NCBI GenBank assembly: GCA_024638845.1
Contig: JAHEJN010000006.1
Location: forward strand, 10,946 to 74,945
DNA from: Acidimicrobiales bacterium
GTDB taxonomy: Bacteria > Actinomycetota > Acidimicrobiia > Acidimicrobiales > JAHEJN01
Direction of reading: 5' to 3'
Length of the DNA: 64,000 nt
In this document: positions 9,019 through 18,990 of the stretch, one piece after another
Numbering within the stretch: the stretch's first letter is position 1
How the letters are laid out: the number at the start of each line of letters is the position of its first letter
Position numbers and translations under genes: made by a program
Notes under the pieces: generated by a model
What the model saw: the letters and a program-made list of their open reading frames with translations, nothing else
What the model was told of the DNA's origin: nothing
Database searches by the model: none

Positions 9019-9942
9019 ATGCATCGATTCACCAACATCTTGTTCTGCCCGCTCGGTGACAAACACAACCCGGCAGCAGCACGGCGGGTCGCAGACCTCG
9101 CGGCCCGCAACGACGCAGAGCTCACGCTGTTCGGTGTGATCGCTGAGCCGTCCAGATTGCAGCGAGCGTTGCACCGCGCCGACTACATCGACGCGATCCG
9201 GGAGGCCGAGGCGAGGGCGCTGACGACGAAGCTGGCTCGTTGCGCGCCCGACACCACAGCCGGCCGGATCGAGACGAGGATCACAGCCGGCAGCCCCTCG
9301 CTGAGCATCATCGAGCGAGTCCTGATCGCCGATCACGACCTCGTGGTCGTCACCACCGACGAGGACGACGAGGACCGCGCCGACATCAAGCGCCTGCTCC
9401 GCAAGTGCCCCTGCCCGGTGTGGGTGATTCGTCCCACCAGGGCCAGAGTCCAGCGAGTCCTCGCGGCCGTGAATCCAGAGCCGTCCGAGACCGAGCTGAA
9501 TCGCACGATTCTCGAGCTCGCCTCATCGATGGTCGACGAGTACGGCGGCGAGCTCCACGTCGTGCACGCCTGGAAGCTCTACGGCGAGGCGACCATAGGT
9601 TCTTCCGCGTTCATGCACACCTCTGCGGCGGAAATCGACGCACTCCTGGAGCGCGAGCGAGCTACTCACCGTCAGGCGCTCGACGACTTGTTGACCGCTT
9701 CGGGTGTCGAATCCGAGTCGTGGCGGATCCATCTCGAAAAGGGTCCGCCGGCGGAGATCGTTCGTGCAATCGTGGCGAAGCACAGGATCAATCTTCTCGT
9801 GATGGGCACGGTTGCTCGCACCGGTGTCGCCGGTCTGATCATGGGGAACACGGCCGAAGCGGTCCTGAACAGCGTGCGGTGTTCGGTCATCGCCGCCAAG
9901 CCGCCCGGATTCGTCTCGCCCCTTCATCTGGTTGCCAAGTGA
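9019..9942 (+). CDS. Universal stress protein, tandem USP domains
   Basis: The second domain ends LLVMGTVARTGVAGLIMGNTAE. Divergent from USP 7976..8824. Confidence 0.85.
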   Translation: MHRFTNILFCPLGDKHNPAAARRVADLAARNDAELTLFGVIAEPSRLQRALHRADYIDAIREAEARALTTKLARCAPDTTAGRIETRITAGSPSLSIIERVLIADHDLVVVTTDEDDEDRADIKRLLRKCPCPVWVIRPTRARVQRVLAAVNPEPSETELNRTILELASSMVDEYGGELHVVHAWKLYGEATIGSSAFMHTSAAEIDALLERERATHRQALDDLLTASGVESESWRIHLEKGPPAEIVRAIVAKHRINLLVMGTVARTGVAGLIMGNTAEAVLNSVRCSVIAAKPPGFVSPLHLVAK

Positions 9943-9972
9943 CTGCCGGCTCCGCGAGCCTCGACTGAGCGC

Positions 9973-10959
9973 ATGGCCCGGCTCAGGACCGCGTTGCCCG
10001 TGTTGGTCCTTGCGGCGGTCGGCACGGGTTGGTTGGTGTTCGCCGTCGGGTCGGCGTGGGGTGCGTTGGTGCTCGTCACTCACGCAGCGCTGGGAACCGC
10101 ACTACTGGTCGGCGCGACGGTCGTGCTCGGCGCGGGCCGGTTCGAACGAAGCGCCGTTCCGCAGGTGGCGCTGGCCGTGGCCCTGATCACCACTTCGATC
10201 CTCGGTCTGGCTCACGCCATCGCCGGGGTCGAGTCCATCGGGGGTCGGGCGGTTCTCGTCACCCACATAGAGCTCGGCATGCTGTCGCTGGTGATCATGA
10301 TCTGGTGGGCGCTGCGAAACCGGAGCCGTGAGAGCGTCGTCGATTCATCTCGCCGGGCGCTGCTCCATCCGGCTCGACTCGTCGGTCTTGCGCTGCTCAT
10401 CCGTGGTGGGACAGAGGGCCTGGTGCGCGCCCTCTCCCTCCCAGGATCAGAACGTCGACGAACCGGCTCGTACCCACGGGGTTCGTTCGATCCCGGTTCC
10501 ATGCCGATGACCATGTGGCTCCGCGACGAACGGCCCGACATCGACGTGGCCGATTGGACGCTGACCGTCCGGGGTCCAACGACCAGCCGCTCGTGGACCT
10601 ACGAAGAGCTCGCCGCCTTGAATGACGGCATTCGGGCGACTCTCGACTGCACGAGCGGCTGGTTTGCCACCCAGGATTGGGGTGGGGTACTGCTTGATCG
10701 TCTCGTTCCCGATACCGAGGGTGGCCGCAGCCTGGTGGTCAGGTCTGCGACCGGCTACCAGCGCAGGTTTCCCATCGACGACGTCGGGCACTTGATGCTT
10801 GCCACCCGCGTGGGAGGTGAGCCGCTTCGAAGCGGGCATGGACACCCTCTCCGTCTCGTTGCGCCGAATCGCCGGGGCTTCTGGTGGGTGAAATGGGTGG
10901 TCGAGATCGAGATAGAGGATCGGCCTTGGTGGTGGCAGTCGCCGTTTCCGCTCCGATGA
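9973..10959 (+). CDS. Molybdopterin-dependent oxidoreductase (sulfite-oxidase/YedY fold) fused to an N-terminal multi-TM domain (Rv0218-like)
   Basis: Four N-terminal TM helices with His37/His81/His98. C-terminal WTLTVRG...LDCTSGW...GHPLRLVAPNRRGFWWVKWV is typical of the Oxidored_molyb domain. Confidence 0.82.
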   Translation: MARLRTALPVLVLAAVGTGWLVFAVGSAWGALVLVTHAALGTALLVGATVVLGAGRFERSAVPQVALAVALITTSILGLAHAIAGVESIGGRAVLVTHIELGMLSLVIMIWWALRNRSRESVVDSSRRALLHPARLVGLALLIRGGTEGLVRALSLPGSERRRTGSYPRGSFDPGSMPMTMWLRDERPDIDVADWTLTVRGPTTSRSWTYEELAALNDGIRATLDCTSGWFATQDWGGVLLDRLVPDTEGGRSLVVRSATGYQRRFPIDDVGHLMLATRVGGEPLRSGHGHPLRLVAPNRRGFWWVKWVVEIEIEDRPWWWQSPFPLR

Positions 10960-11033
10960 TGCGGCAACGAGGCCGGCCATCAACAGACGAAAGGCCCTGG
11001 CGGCGGGGATGACCCGAAGCGCACGGTTGACCC

Positions 11034-11693
11034 ATGTCGAGATGGTTCAAGGCGATCGCGTCGGAGTCGGCGTTGGCACTCGAGCCGCGACGGCTCGTCG
11101 GTCTCGTCGTTGCGGTGCTGGCTCTGTCGGCTTCGATCGCCGTGTTCCTCGCTCAGGTCGAGGTGACCGATCAGGCCCTGGCGGAGACCAGGAGCTGCGG
11201 CTCGGCGTTCGACAGTGCCTCCGATCGGTCGGGTTGGGAGCTGTGGTGGGCCCGCGATCTCGATGAGCCCGACGACGGTGTTCGCGCTGCGCTCGTCCGC
11301 AGCCACCTGTGTCCAGCCGCCGTCAACAAGAGGATCGGCGCGGCGGCGGCGCTGGGTGGGGCGGGCGTCATCGCCGCCTTGCTTGCCGGATGGAAGGCTC
11401 GGTCGGGGTTGCGGCATGGTTCGGCGAGGGAGACGACTGGTGGCCGAATCGCCCTGCTCGGGCGGGCGACCTCGTTGGCGGGCGGGGTTCTCACTGTCGC
11501 GGGCCTGATTGCGGTCATCCTTCTGGTCGCCGACGCAGACTCGACGCTGTTCCTGTACACCGATCGCCTGGTAGTCGGCGTGGTGGGGCTGATCGTGTTG
11601 ATACCGACGATGGCGCTGTTCGTGATCGGACGGATGCTTGCACTGGCCGGCGCGCATCTGGATCGTTTGGACGGGGAACGAGACCATGGCTAG
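11034..11693 (+). CDS. Membrane protein, function unknown
   Basis: TM1 is followed by a loop with two Cys (RSCGSAF...SHLCPAAV), then 3 further TM helices. GC3-rich. 8-nt overlap with the next gene. Confidence 0.65.
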   Translation: MSRWFKAIASESALALEPRRLVGLVVAVLALSASIAVFLAQVEVTDQALAETRSCGSAFDSASDRSGWELWWARDLDEPDDGVRAALVRSHLCPAAVNKRIGAAAALGGAGVIAALLAGWKARSGLRHGSARETTGGRIALLGRATSLAGGVLTVAGLIAVILLVADADSTLFLYTDRLVVGVVGLIVLIPTMALFVIGRMLALAGAHLDRLDGERDHG

Positions 11694-12381
11694 GAGCCTG
11701 GCGGTGCTCGTGATGGTGGCAACGTTGACGGCCGGCTGCGCGTCGAGCGCCCCGACCGCAGTATTGGAGTCGTCGCAGCGCTTCGGTGACAGCATCGAGC
11801 TTCCGACCCCCGACCGCTCGGGTTCGGCCACGCTGGAACAGGTGCTGTCGCAGCGGAGGTCGCAACGAGAGTACGCGTCCGACGAGCTCCCACTGGCAAC
11901 GATCGGCCAGCTGTTCTGGGCCGCCCAGGGTGTCACCGACGCTGCCGGTCATCGAACGTCACCTTCGGCTGGAGCCGCGTATCCCCTCGAGCTCTATGCC
12001 GTCTCCGCGACCACGTTCATGCACTATCTGCCTACCGGTCATCGGCTCGAGCAGCGCCCCGACGACACGACGCTGGCCCAACTGGCGGCGGCCGCGTTCG
12101 ATCAGGAGTTCGTCGGTTCCGCCCCCGTCGTGATGGTGATCACCGGTACTTGGGCACGAACAGAAGCCGAGTACGGCGCGGTGGCCGACGACCTCGTGAA
12201 CCGGGAGGCAGGCCACGCTGCGCAGAACCTTCTCCTTCAGGCCACAGCCCTCGGACTCGCGGCAGTTCCCGTCGGCGGTTTCGACCCGGCAACGGTGGCT
12301 CGGCTCTTGGCTCTTCCGCCCGGAGAGGACGTGCTCTACCTGCTGCCCGTCGGCCATCCAGCATCTTCTGACGGCCCCTGA
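11686..12381 (+). CDS. SagB/ThcOx-type nitroreductase-fold protein with a lipoprotein signal peptide
   Basis: Lipobox MARSLAVLVMVATLTAGC. RRSQREY, SPSAGAAYPLELY and a GGF motif indicate the nitroreductase fold. Start trimmed to ATG 11686. Confidence 0.8.
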   Translation: MARSLAVLVMVATLTAGCASSAPTAVLESSQRFGDSIELPTPDRSGSATLEQVLSQRRSQREYASDELPLATIGQLFWAAQGVTDAAGHRTSPSAGAAYPLELYAVSATTFMHYLPTGHRLEQRPDDTTLAQLAAAAFDQEFVGSAPVVMVITGTWARTEAEYGAVADDLVNREAGHAAQNLLLQATALGLAAVPVGGFDPATVARLLALPPGEDVLYLLPVGHPASSDGP

Positions 12382-12454
12382 GGCTCCCACGACTTCTGGC
12401 CGCTCGAGTCGGGCCGATTCCGGTCCTGGGCGACCTGCGGCGACATCTAGGGTC

Positions 12455-13156
12455 ATGGGCATGGAAATCACCGCGCAGCAAGCCAGAGTTCTCGGTTGCC
12501 TCATCGAGAAGGCGGAGACCACGCCCGACAGCTATCCGCTGAGCTCGAACGCACTCCGAGCGGCCTGCAACCAGGCGACCAATCGCGATCCGGTGGTCGA
12601 CTACGGCGAACGCGAGGTCGATGCGCACATGCTCGAGCTCCGCCAGCTCGGTCTGGCGCGCACCGTGACCGGGAGCGGTCATCGGGTCGGCAAGCACAAG
12701 CATGTCGTCGACGAGGCACTCGGCCTCGACGGCCATGAGCTCGCCGTGCTCGCAGTGCTGATGCTGCGGGGAGGCCAGACGCGCAACGAGATCACGAACC
12801 GAACATCACGGTACGCCCGAGGCCCCGACGGTGATGCTGCCGCGGTCGACGCGGCCATAGACCGGCTCGCCGCTCGTTCCGATCCCCTCGTGGTGCGGCT
12901 CGAACGGCAGCCCGGCGAGCGCGAGCCCCGTGTCGACCAGTGCTGGGCCGCGACCGACGAGGGTGCTGTCGCGACTCAGGCACCGGTTGATGCGGCACTC
13001 CGGTCGTCGACACCCACCCCTGCGCCGATCCCAGCCATCCCACCCGACGGGCACGATGAGGTCGCCACACTGGCTGCACGCCTGGCGGCGCTCGAAGCAG
13101 CCCTCGCCGAACAGACCCGCCGTCTCGATGAACTGCTGGAGGAGCTCGGCGACTGA
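12455..13156 (+). CDS. DUF480 (YceH-like) protein
   Basis: ARVLGCLIEKAETTPDSYPLSSNAL..., LELRQLGLAR, LAVLAVLMLRGGQT. Confidence 0.8.
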   Translation: MGMEITAQQARVLGCLIEKAETTPDSYPLSSNALRAACNQATNRDPVVDYGEREVDAHMLELRQLGLARTVTGSGHRVGKHKHVVDEALGLDGHELAVLAVLMLRGGQTRNEITNRTSRYARGPDGDAAAVDAAIDRLAARSDPLVVRLERQPGEREPRVDQCWAATDEGAVATQAPVDAALRSSTPTPAPIPAIPPDGHDEVATLAARLAALEAALAEQTRRLDELLEELGD

Positions 13157-13194
13157 TCCTTGCGGATCGAGCGGACAGCGGCCAAGGCGATTCG

Positions 13195-13428
13195 TCAGAT
13201 ACCAGCTGCACCCAAGGCGTCAGCGGTCCGGCGGATGATGGCGGCGAGGTCGGGATGCTCACCCTCGAAGTCGACGGCGTACTCGTTCAGCCGGTCGCCG
13301 AGACCCTCGTGATCGTCGCTGTCCAGCGCATCGGTGATGTCGCCGGAGAGCTCGTTGGCGCGGTCCTCGCTGACGAGGTGGAGGCGCTCGGCCAGATCGA
13401 CGAGCTGCTCACGTAGATGTGGTCTCAT
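13195..13428 (-). CDS. DUF4404-like small protein
   Basis: The C-terminal FEGEHPDLAAIIRRTADALGAAGI matches the remembered DUF4404 ending. Start trimmed to MRPHLREQL. The track N-terminal extension overlaps the divergent gene. Confidence 0.6.
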   Translation of the reverse strand: MRPHLREQLVDLAERLHLVSEDRANELSGDITDALDSDDHEGLGDRLNEYAVDFEGEHPDLAAIIRRTADALGAAGI

Positions 13429-13477
13429 TCGTGACAGCGTACGCGTTGTCCGTCCGCGTCGGCAGTCCGGAGGCGCC

Positions 13478-14341
13478 ATGTGGTACCGCTTGTGGGCATT
13501 CATACGACTGAGCCGACCCCACTTCCTGGTGGGCGGATTCTTGATGTTCGGCCTAGGGGCGGCAACTGCTGGTTCCATCGGTGTGGCGGACTACGTGTGG
13601 GGGCAGATCCTGGTCACCTCGACGCAACTCACGGCGCACTACGTGAACGAGTACGCCGATGTGGAGGCCGATCGGCATGTCCAGCATCGCACGTTCTTCT
13701 CGGGTGGGAGCGGGGTGTTGGCCAACGAGGTGCTGTCGGCGCGAACCGCCTTGTACGCAGCCTGGGCCTCGACGTCGGTCGCCATCGTCGCAGGGCTGTC
13801 CTTCGTCGGTCGGAGCCCGTGGGTGACCGCAACCGCGTTCGCGGCGGTGGGCGTGTCGTGGGCCTACTCGATGCCACCGGTTCGACTGCTCGATCGCGGT
13901 TGGGGTGAAGTGGTCACCTCGGTCACCGTCGCCGGTGTCGTGCCGTTGATCGCTCCGCTGTCCCAACACATGGTGACGGCAGAGCTCTGGTGGGCGATCG
14001 CCATCCTCGTTCCGATTCACGGATCGATGATGCTGGCCTTCGAGTTGCCCGATCTCGACAGCGACGCGGCCTTCGGAAAGCGGGTACTGGCCGTGCGCCT
14101 CGGACATCGCCGCGCGGAACGGGTCATCACGGGTCTGGCCTTGTTCGGCGGGGCGATCGGCGCGCTCGGGATCGTTACCGGCGGTCTACCGGTGCCGGCG
14201 GCGTCGGCTGCGCTGGCTGTGTTGCCCGCCGCCGCGATGGTTCTGTCCATGACGAGGCGTCACGATGCTGTGCTCACCGGGTCGGCGGTGGCGATGTTCG
14301 TGATTTCGGGCGGCGGGCTGCTGGTCGGTCTCTCGATCTGA
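13478..14341 (+). CDS. UbiA-family prenyltransferase
   Basis: Asp-rich motifs NEYADVEAD and DLDSD. About 8 TM helices. Start trimmed to MWYRLWAFIRLSRPHF. Confidence 0.82.
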   Translation: MWYRLWAFIRLSRPHFLVGGFLMFGLGAATAGSIGVADYVWGQILVTSTQLTAHYVNEYADVEADRHVQHRTFFSGGSGVLANEVLSARTALYAAWASTSVAIVAGLSFVGRSPWVTATAFAAVGVSWAYSMPPVRLLDRGWGEVVTSVTVAGVVPLIAPLSQHMVTAELWWAIAILVPIHGSMMLAFELPDLDSDAAFGKRVLAVRLGHRRAERVITGLALFGGAIGALGIVTGGLPVPAASAALAVLPAAAMVLSMTRRHDAVLTGSAVAMFVISGGGLLVGLSI

Positions 14342-14376
14342 TGACGCGGCCGGCTCGCCGGTCGGCTCCGTCGTCG

Positions 14377-15398
14377 TCAGATCCAGTCGAGGATCACCTT
14401 GCCGCATCGCCCGTCGTCGACGATCTCGAACGCGTCCCCGAACCGGTCGGCCGGGAGCCGATGGGTGATGATCGAACCGATGTCGAGGCCACTCTGCAGC
14501 ATCGCCGACATCTTGTACCACGTCTCGAAGATCCGCCGACCGTAGATCCCCTGCACCTCGAGGCCCTTGAAGATCACGTCGTTCACGTCGAGGGTGATCG
14601 GGCCCGAAGGGATTCCCAACAGCGCGATCCGGGCGCCGTGGTTCATCGCGTCGAGCATCTGGTTGACCGCCGATTCTGCGCCCGACATCTCCAGGCCGAT
14701 GTCGAAGCCCTCGGTCATGCCCAGTTCGGCCATCACCGGGTCGAGGTCCTCCTGCGACACATCGATCACCCGGGTTGCTCCCGCCGCGGCCGCCATGTCG
14801 AGACGGAACCGGTTGACGTCGGTGACCACGACGTGGCGGGCGCCGATGTGACGCACGATGGCCGTCGCCATCGCTCCGATGGGTCCGGCCCCGGTGATCA
14901 GCACGTCCTCGCCGACCACGTCGTAGCGCAACGCTGTGTGGGTCGCGTTGCCGAGAGGGTCGAGCACGGCGGCGGTGTCGTCGTCGATATGATCAGGGAC
15001 AACGAACACGTTCTCGGCGGGAAGCACCACGTAGTCGGCGAAGGCGCCAGGTCGGGTGACACCCACACTGATGTGGTTGTGACAGAACTCTCGTCGACCC
15101 GCTCGGCAATTGCGGCAGTGACCACAGGTGATGTGACCTTCGCCGGAGACCCGTTGGCCGACCGCGAGGCCGATCACGTCGGCGCCGATCTCGGCGATCT
15201 CGCCCATGAACTCGTGGCCCACCACGAGGGGCACGGGAATCGATTCTCGCGCCCAGGGGTCCCAACGGTGGATGTGCAGGTCGGTGCCGCAGATCGACGT
15301 CTTGTGGACCCTGATCAGCACCTCGCGATCGTGGAACGTCGGCCGTTCGACCTCCTCGAGCCAGAGTCCCGGCTCGGGTTTGGCCTTCACCAGCGCCC

Positions 15399-15402
<4 letters not shown>
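14377..15402 (-). CDS. tdh: L-threonine 3-dehydrogenase
   Basis: [18 protein letters not shown]..., [39 protein letters not shown]. Only the last 341 aa of track ORF 14377..16260 are real. Confidence 0.92.
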
Positions 15403-16640
<1,238 letters not shown>

Positions 16641-16672
16641 GTCTGCAGTCTACGAGCCTGCCGGTACGCCAA

Positions 16673-16698
16673 GTGGGCTCCTCCGGAGAGGAGCCCAC
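16673..16698 (-). terminator. GC-rich hairpin downstream of gene 16778..17509 (11-bp perfect stem, 4-nt loop)
   Basis: GTGGGCTCCTC-cgga-GAGGAGCCCAC. On the minus strand it is followed only by TTGGCG, a weak U-tract. Confidence 0.45.
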
Positions 16699-16777
16699 CT
16701 GGGGTTGTCGAAGCCGGTTGATCACCAGTGACCAGTCGGCTGTGGACACCATGTGGATGCCGTCAATTCGACGATGG

Positions 16778-17509
16778 TCAGACCTTCTGCAGCTCCTTTT
16801 CGGGCTCGTCGGTCTCGAATGACTCGGGAACCGTGGGCTCAGGAGCCGTTTCGGGCATCTCGGGCTCGTCCTTGCCCCAGGCGGCCCAGATCACGGCCGA
16901 GCCGGTGACGGTGCAGAGGAAGCCGAGTCCGGCCAGCAGTGCTGCGACACCGAGGGCGAGCTGCAGGGTGCTGTGCGTCGCCGCACCGACTCCGAGCTCG
17001 GCAACGAGTGCGTGGGCCGTACCGCTCCAGGCCTGGTCGCGGGCCGGGCCCTCGATCGGGTGCTGGCGGTCGAAGTCGGTCCAGTAGCGGCCGTCGACGT
17101 CGAACTCATAGGTTCCGGCTTCGAAGGTCTCGCCGTTGTACTCGACGGCTTCGTCGAGCACGACGGTCTGGGTGCCGTGCAACACGTGGTAGGCGATCGT
17201 CGCCATCTGGTACATGTACTCGGTCGCGCTGTTCACGAGCGGGTTGTTGGGATCGAGGTCGGACTCGACGACGGGGAAGTTCCAGTCGTCCTCGAGCAGA
17301 GTCCGGATCGCCTGCGCGCCTTCGACGGTGCCACGGTCGATGAGAACGCCGTCCTCGTTGTAGCTCAGGGTGACGTTCTGCTGCTCACTGAAGGCTTGGA
17401 GTGAGTCGTAGCCACCTTGAACCTTGCTGTACGCAACGCCTGCGCCGATGAAGAATCCGAGGCCTACCAGAACCAGGAACGCACCGAGAACCTTCAGTCG
17501 CTTTCTCAT
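16778..17509 (-). CDS. Membrane-anchored protein, function unknown (N- and C-terminal TM helices, acidic tail)
   Basis: MRKRLKVLGAFLVLVGLGFFIGAG..., a central soluble domain of about 170 aa, a C-terminal TM, and a PE-rich tail. Confidence 0.7.
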   Translation of the reverse strand: MRKRLKVLGAFLVLVGLGFFIGAGVAYSKVQGGYDSLQAFSEQQNVTLSYNEDGVLIDRGTVEGAQAIRTLLEDDWNFPVVESDLDPNNPLVNSATEYMYQMATIAYHVLHGTQTVVLDEAVEYNGETFEAGTYEFDVDGRYWTDFDRQHPIEGPARDQAWSGTAHALVAELGVGAATHSTLQLALGVAALLAGLGFLCTVTGSAVIWAAWGKDEPEMPETAPEPTVPESFETDEPEKELQKV

Positions 17510-17530
17510 GACAACCCCTATCTATTCTGC

Positions 17531-17548
17531 TCGTGAAATGTTTCACGA
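17531..17548. promoter_or_regulatory. CRP/FNR-type palindrome TCGTGAAA-tg-TTTCACGA (GTGA-N6-TCAC)
   Basis: Perfect 8-bp inverted arms in an AT-richer divergent intergenic region. The centre is about 30 bp upstream of the minus-strand ATG (17509). Confidence 0.45.
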
Positions 17549-17591
17549 GACTCACAGTGGCCAGCGTGCGCCCGTTGGTTTCCGCCTGATA

Positions 17592-17605
17592 GGGACTTAA
17601 GTCCG
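17592..17605. promoter_or_regulatory. DosR/DevR-type box 1: GGGACTTAAGTCCG
   Basis: 13/14 match to the core of the M. tuberculosis Dos box GGGACTWWAGTCCC. Intergenic. Confidence 0.5.
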
Positions 17606-17619
17606 TACTCTCGATGAAT

Positions 17620-17633
17620 GGGACTTATGGCCC
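17620..17633. promoter_or_regulatory. DosR/DevR-type box 2: GGGACTTATGGCCC
   Basis: 12/14 match to the Dos-box core. It lies 28 bp centre-to-centre from box 1 and 75-88 bp upstream of the ADH ATG (17708). Confidence 0.4.
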
Positions 17634-17707
17634 GGCGATGGCATGCCCTCCCATGGGTGAAAACCCCAGCGTTTGTCCCGACGGCAGGTTTCGGTGAACA
17701 TCGGCTC

Positions 17708-18721
17708 ATGCGCGCCGCACTGCTCAGGGAGCCCAAGCCGGCCGGCGATGGTCCACTGGAGATCGCCGAGATCCCCGACCCCGAGGTCGGGCCCGAAGAC
17801 GTGCTGGTCCATGTCGAGGCCTGTGGCGTGTGCCGGACCGATCTCCAGCTCTGCGAGGGCGATCTTGTCGCGCAGACCCTGCCGATCATCCCTGGGCACC
17901 AGATCGTCGGCACCGTCGTGGCCCGGGGCGGCCGCGTGGCCGACGTCGACATCGGCGAGCGGGTCGGGGTGGCTTGGATCGCCGCAACCTGTGGTTCCTG
18001 CCGATTCTGCGCCTCCGGTCGGGAGAACCTCTGCGAGCGTTCGCAGTTCACCGGATGGCACCGCGACGGCGGCTTCGCCGAGCGGCTGGTGGCGCGGGCC
18101 GACTTCGTGCACCGACTTCCCGACGGAGTCGATGCCGGCGCGGCAGCACCCCTGTTGTGTGGCGGAGCGATCGGGCTGCGAGCGCTGCGGGTGTCGGGCA
18201 TCGAGCCCGGCGGCCGGCTCGGCCTGTACGGGTTCGGCGCATCGGCGACGTGTGCCATCCAAATCGCCCGCCACTGGGAGTGCGACGTGTACGTGAGCAC
18301 CCGATCGACCGCCGAAAGGCAGCGGTCACTCGAGCTGGGCGCAGCCTGGGCGGGTTCCTACGACGAGCAACCTCCGGTTCCACTCGACGCGGCGGTCACC
18401 TTCGCCCCGGTCGGTTCGGTCGTCGTCGACGCCCTGAAGGCCCTCGACCGGGGCGGCGTGGTGGCGATCAACGCGATCCATCTCGATCACATCCCCCAGC
18501 TCGAGTACGCCGACCTGTGGTGGGAACGGCAGATACGCAGCGTCGCCAACGTGACCCGCGCCGATGTGGCCGACCTCATGGAACTGGCCGTAGCCATTCC
18601 CATACGCACCCACGTCGAGGAACACCCGCTGGTCGATGCGAACCTCACGCTGGATCGCCTGGCTCGCGGGCTGGTGTCGGGTGCTGCGGTGTTGACCATG
18701 GAATCGCCGCCCGCCAGCTAG
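17708..18721 (+). CDS. Zinc-type alcohol dehydrogenase (MDR family)
   Basis: ACGVCRTDL, GHQIVG, CGSCRFCASGRENLC, LYGFGASA. Start trimmed to MRAALLREP. Confidence 0.88.
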   Translation: MRAALLREPKPAGDGPLEIAEIPDPEVGPEDVLVHVEACGVCRTDLQLCEGDLVAQTLPIIPGHQIVGTVVARGGRVADVDIGERVGVAWIAATCGSCRFCASGRENLCERSQFTGWHRDGGFAERLVARADFVHRLPDGVDAGAAAPLLCGGAIGLRALRVSGIEPGGRLGLYGFGASATCAIQIARHWECDVYVSTRSTAERQRSLELGAAWAGSYDEQPPVPLDAAVTFAPVGSVVVDALKALDRGGVVAINAIHLDHIPQLEYADLWWERQIRSVANVTRADVADLMELAVAIPIRTHVEEHPLVDANLTLDRLARGLVSGAAVLTMESPPAS

Positions 18722-18787
18722 GGGACAAGTGCCCTTGTCGGGCTCCGTGGGCTCTGCCTACCGTCGAGTCTGGGAGGTTCATCGGTC

Positions 18788-18982
18788 ATGAAGGCAAAGG
18801 TCAACGACAGGATCGTCATCGGCGGCCACAAGGTCGGCAGCCCGCTACGGCGGGGTCTGATCATCGAGGTAAGAGGGTCAGACGGCGCGCCCCCGTACCT
18901 GGTGCGGTGGGACAACGAGCCCGGTGAGCACCTGTTGTTCCCGGGAACCGACGCGGTGCTCGAGAGCTCGTCGCAAAGCTGA
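18788..18982 (+). CDS. DUF1918 small protein
   Basis: MKAKVNDRIVIGGHKVGSPLRRGLIIEVRGSDGAPPYLVRWDNEPGEHLLFPGTDAV matches the remembered DUF1918 pattern. Confidence 0.8.
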   Translation: MKAKVNDRIVIGGHKVGSPLRRGLIIEVRGSDGAPPYLVRWDNEPGEHLLFPGTDAVLESSSQS

Positions 18983-18990
18983 CGGGCTCG

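Noticed and set aside
16641-16777. Possible glycine/threonine-responsive riboswitch upstream of kbl-tdh
   Set aside because: I read the minus strand for glycine-riboswitch core features and found none. The prominent hairpin is better explained as the terminator of the upstream gene.
18724-18739. GACAAG-tgcc-CTTGTC hairpin / GGGAC-containing element after the ADH stop
   Set aside because: The stem is only 6 bp, there is no U-tract, and the second half-site (GCCCT) is a poor Dos-box match. It is too weak to call as a terminator or an operator.
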